DNA of 64,000 nucleotides from Cirrosporium novae-zelandiae (Eukaryota): NCBI GenBank assembly GCA_026023565.1, contig JAPETS010000019.1, positions 124,001 to 188,000 of the forward strand, read 5' to 3'. Shown piece by piece: positions 61,042 to 64,000 of this stretch (position 1 is its first letter; each line of letters starts with the position of its first letter). The notes under the pieces were generated by a model. It saw only the letters and a program-made list of their open reading frames with translations, ran no database searches and was not told where the DNA came from. The position numbers and the translations under genes were made by a program.

Positions 61042-62622
61042 TCAAACCTTCACACCAATCTTCCACTCAGCTTTGACGGTCCTAACAACCCCAATCAAAA
61101 CCGCACCAAATAGCATCACCACACCAGCAAAAATCATTAAGCCTATAAAGGAGTCGCCGTCGTGGTCTTTGATTGCTCCTTGGATTGGGAGACCGGTGAG
61201 GGATCTGGAATGAAGGGGTTAAGGTTAGGATTTAATGGGATCTAATTGACTGGTTGTACGGAGGAAAAGGTGAAGGGGAGAAGGGCGACGATAAAAGAAA
61301 CACGTACCCAAAAGCAACAGCCAAGCACCACCCCCCCATCATAACCCCCAACCGCTCCACCTTCCCATCCGCAAGCTGAACCACACAAGGCGGACCCAGA
61401 CTCACAAACGCACCGCTCACAAACCCATAAAAGCACGCAAACACTATAATCCCCGCGTTGCTCGGATACAGCTCCAGCGGCAGCCAGAACGCCATCACCG
61501 ACGCGCCGGTCAAGAAACAAAACACGAAGTAGACGTTGAAAGTGCCGACATGGTCTGCGAAGTGGCCTGGGAGGATACGACCGAAGATGGATCCCGCGTT
61601 CGCGATCGAGATTGTATATTGGGCTAGCTCGGTGGACATGCCTTTTAGGACGGCCATCTCTGGGAGGTAGTTTAGGGGCGCGAAGAGGCCCCACATGCAG
61701 AAGAAGCAGCCAGAAGTGAAAGCGATCCAGGGGATGGATTTGGAGGCTTTGAAGTCGTTTTTGGGGGCCTTTGGTTTGGGGGCTTGTCGCGCCTGTTTGT
61801 TGTGTGGCAATGGGCTGCTGATGCAGATGTTGGCAATTAGGAGGCAGATTCCTACGAGGAGGGCTGTCCAGCGTACGGAGGCGTGGAAGCCCACGCGAGC
61901 TATGAGCTTGGTTACCATGATTGGGAATACGACACCGCCTGTTATTTGTGTTAGATCTATCTGAATAGCGGGACATTGATGCTTGGTAGGGCTGGAATCA
62001 ACCCACCCATACTACTTCCTGAAGCCACGATTCCGACCGCCAGTCCCCTCTTCTTGGAGAACCATTGGGATACAACAACCATTGCGGGAAGCGATATACC
62101 TGCTGTTCCCAGACCAAATGCAACACCCTGTGCAAGCATAACTTGGTAATATTCTTTACAAAGGCTCAGCATGCAGAGAGCAAAAACTGCAAGGACTGAG
62201 AATGGTATAGTGATGGGACGTGGCCCATAGACATCGACAAGCTTTCCAATTATGGGGCCGAAGCAGAAGAGGAGGAATATCTGAAGGGTGGTAATCCAGG
62301 CGAGGGACGAGGTAGACTGGTCCTTGAGAAGGACATCCTGGTAATAATACTGGAAGATGCCACAGCTTAAAAACATTAGAAGATGATGAAGGAGAGGGGG
62401 GGGGCGAATGATTACTAACGCATTGACATAGCCAAAAGTTCCGAATTGCATAAGGAAACCGGCGAGTACACATAGCCAGGCCTTGTATCCTCTATCTGGG
62501 GGAACAAATGCATCGGTTTTTGTCGCTGTTTCGATGCTCGGGTCCTCTACTGGGTCATTGCTCATTCCTTCCTCATTCTTCATATTCACTGAAGTGGAGC
62601 TGGGGGATGTTTCTTCGGCCAT
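61042..62622 (-). CDS. MFS transporter, monocarboxylate (MCT/Mch) family
   Basis: 'PPDRGYKAWLCV', 'GKLVDVYGPR', 'QWFSKKRGLAVGIVASGSSMGG', 'GRILPGHFADHVG'. Last exon ends 'WKIGVKV*' at 61042. Three introns. Confidence 0.92.
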
Positions 62623-62812
62623 GGTTAAATAAAGACAAATATTCAACTAGAAATAGAAATCTATCGAGTGCAAGATATCTATACTTGACAGTGAAAAATA
62701 TTAATAAATACTTGAAAAAGCAAGGGAATAATGAATGTGGGAGCATCGTAAAACACCTCCTAATCATATATATATAAAAGAAATATGAATCGGCAGTCTT
62801 GTCAGGAGGTCG

Positions 62813-63037
62813 TCGGCCGATGCTCTCCAGAACTATAGAATAGAAAAGAATAGCTTTTAGCGTCCATCAGCATAATATCTCCAGAAAAGCAAGAGAAAAG
62901 TCCAATTAGGCCGATAAGCGTAAGAAGAAACCAAGGATCGTAGTAGTTAATACCCATAATGATAGTCGTAGGAAGCATAATTGAGGTAATGAAATAAACC
63001 AGGGTGGGGATCCGTCGGGCGACGTCCTCGGCCGAGG
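62813..63037. promoter_or_regulatory. Putative Zn2Cys6 palindromes and GATA site in the MFS promoter
   Basis: TCGGCCGA 62813-62820, CGATAAG 62912-62918, CCTCGGCCGAGG 63026-63037. Confidence 0.4.
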
Positions 63038-64000
63038 CACTAAGTCCTAAGGATCGAGAAGGTATTCCTAGAACAATCTCATTTAATTAAAGACCTGGAA
63101 ATTATAGCCGTCAACTAATTCTTGGTGATAGAAAATATCTACGCAATCAGGATTAGGTCTCGGTAGGGAATGCTGTAGAGAATATTTATGTGATGTTGAA
63201 GATGGTATTAAAATATCAAGCAAGGAGTAGCCTAGCGCCTAAGTTTCTCCAAGCTAACGCCATCTACTTCGTCTAAGAAGATTCACAACTGTCCAGTTAC
63301 CTCTATATACCCCTTGCAGTTGCCACTAACCATCTCAGCTATGGCCAACCCTCACCATATTCATAGTTTGTACTAAATTCGATGAGCATAGCAGTCACTA
63401 TTCATAATCTCTAAATGAATCCTAGCGACAGTAGTGCTAAATTGAGTATAACACAAATCACACTCCACCAGACAACACCAACCGAATGGGTACGGTGGCT
63501 GGTTAGGATAAAACGCGGACCCTAGGTGATACACATGCCTCGTATACTTAAATCCTAGAGTAGAAGGCATATCCTCAACAAACCAGCAAACCTGTCATAT
63601 ATCAACCTATATCTTAGAGCACTTCTCCTGGTGATATATTTTCATGAGACCTTTCATGCATCTACGCACTATAGGACCAATATATTTTTCTTTAGAAAAG
63701 CAAGATTTATTAGTTGTATCTAGGGAGTTAAATGATAAAATCTGCTGAGCAAGTCAAGTGAGGGTTCACAAAACGAGCCGTACAACCAGGCTTCACCGTT
63801 TGAAAATAAATTCTATTGTCTTCATAGAGTCGGCTGCTATTATGGCGGTGCCGTTTCAGATGAAACGTCAAAGTCCCAAATACCCTTGAATAAATTAGCG
63901 ATGGAGCAATAATAGTTTTTTGCTGGTTGAAAAGAGAATATCTCACCCATTGTTCAGATAAATCAACAAAGCTTAATCCATTAGTAGGAAAATCAAATTC

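Noticed and set aside
61242..61976. 244-aa alternative-frame ORF over the MFS gene (likewise 60205-60753 over MET22)
   Set aside because: Overlapping or antisense frames explained by codon bias of the real genes.
1..64000. tRNA, 5S rRNA, TPP riboswitch, CRISPR
   Set aside because: No matching consensus noticed by eye; a tRNAscan-SE/Infernal run would be needed to exclude them formally.

Overview
Intron-containing fungal DNA (filamentous ascomycete, Pezizomycotina; GT..AG introns with CTRAY branch sites). I can support about 20 protein-coding genes and see no rRNA, tRNA, CRISPR or intact transposon. The right part (about 45-63 kb) is mostly housekeeping: alanine aminotransferase, RPN7, mRNA cap methyltransferase ABD1, KAR5, mitochondrial uL6, MET22, an MFS transporter and a LaeA-like methyltransferase with a disrupted 5' end. 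The left part (1-45 kb) is accessory-like and mixes two themes. (1) A candidate nitrogen-regulated nucleobase-scavenging locus: canonical xanA xanthine dioxygenase head-to-head with an uncharacterised FAD/NAD(P)H oxidoreductase, a divergent XanA paralog head-to-head with an HxnY/CitB-type 2OG-Fe(II) oxygenase around a perfect 18-bp palindrome, and an NCS1 nucleobase permease between the pairs. All three promoters carry GATA sites. (2) Conflict/immunity-type genes: the C-terminus of a probable NACHT/beta-propeller protein, a stand-alone NLR-type N-terminal domain with a 126-bp tandem duplication, a roughly 2,700-aa sacsin-like (2x HATPase) protein with a C-terminal BTB domain, an SRPK-like kinase and a 96-aa His-motif microprotein. 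Family calls come from my recognition of motifs, with no database search. Exon boundaries were read by eye.
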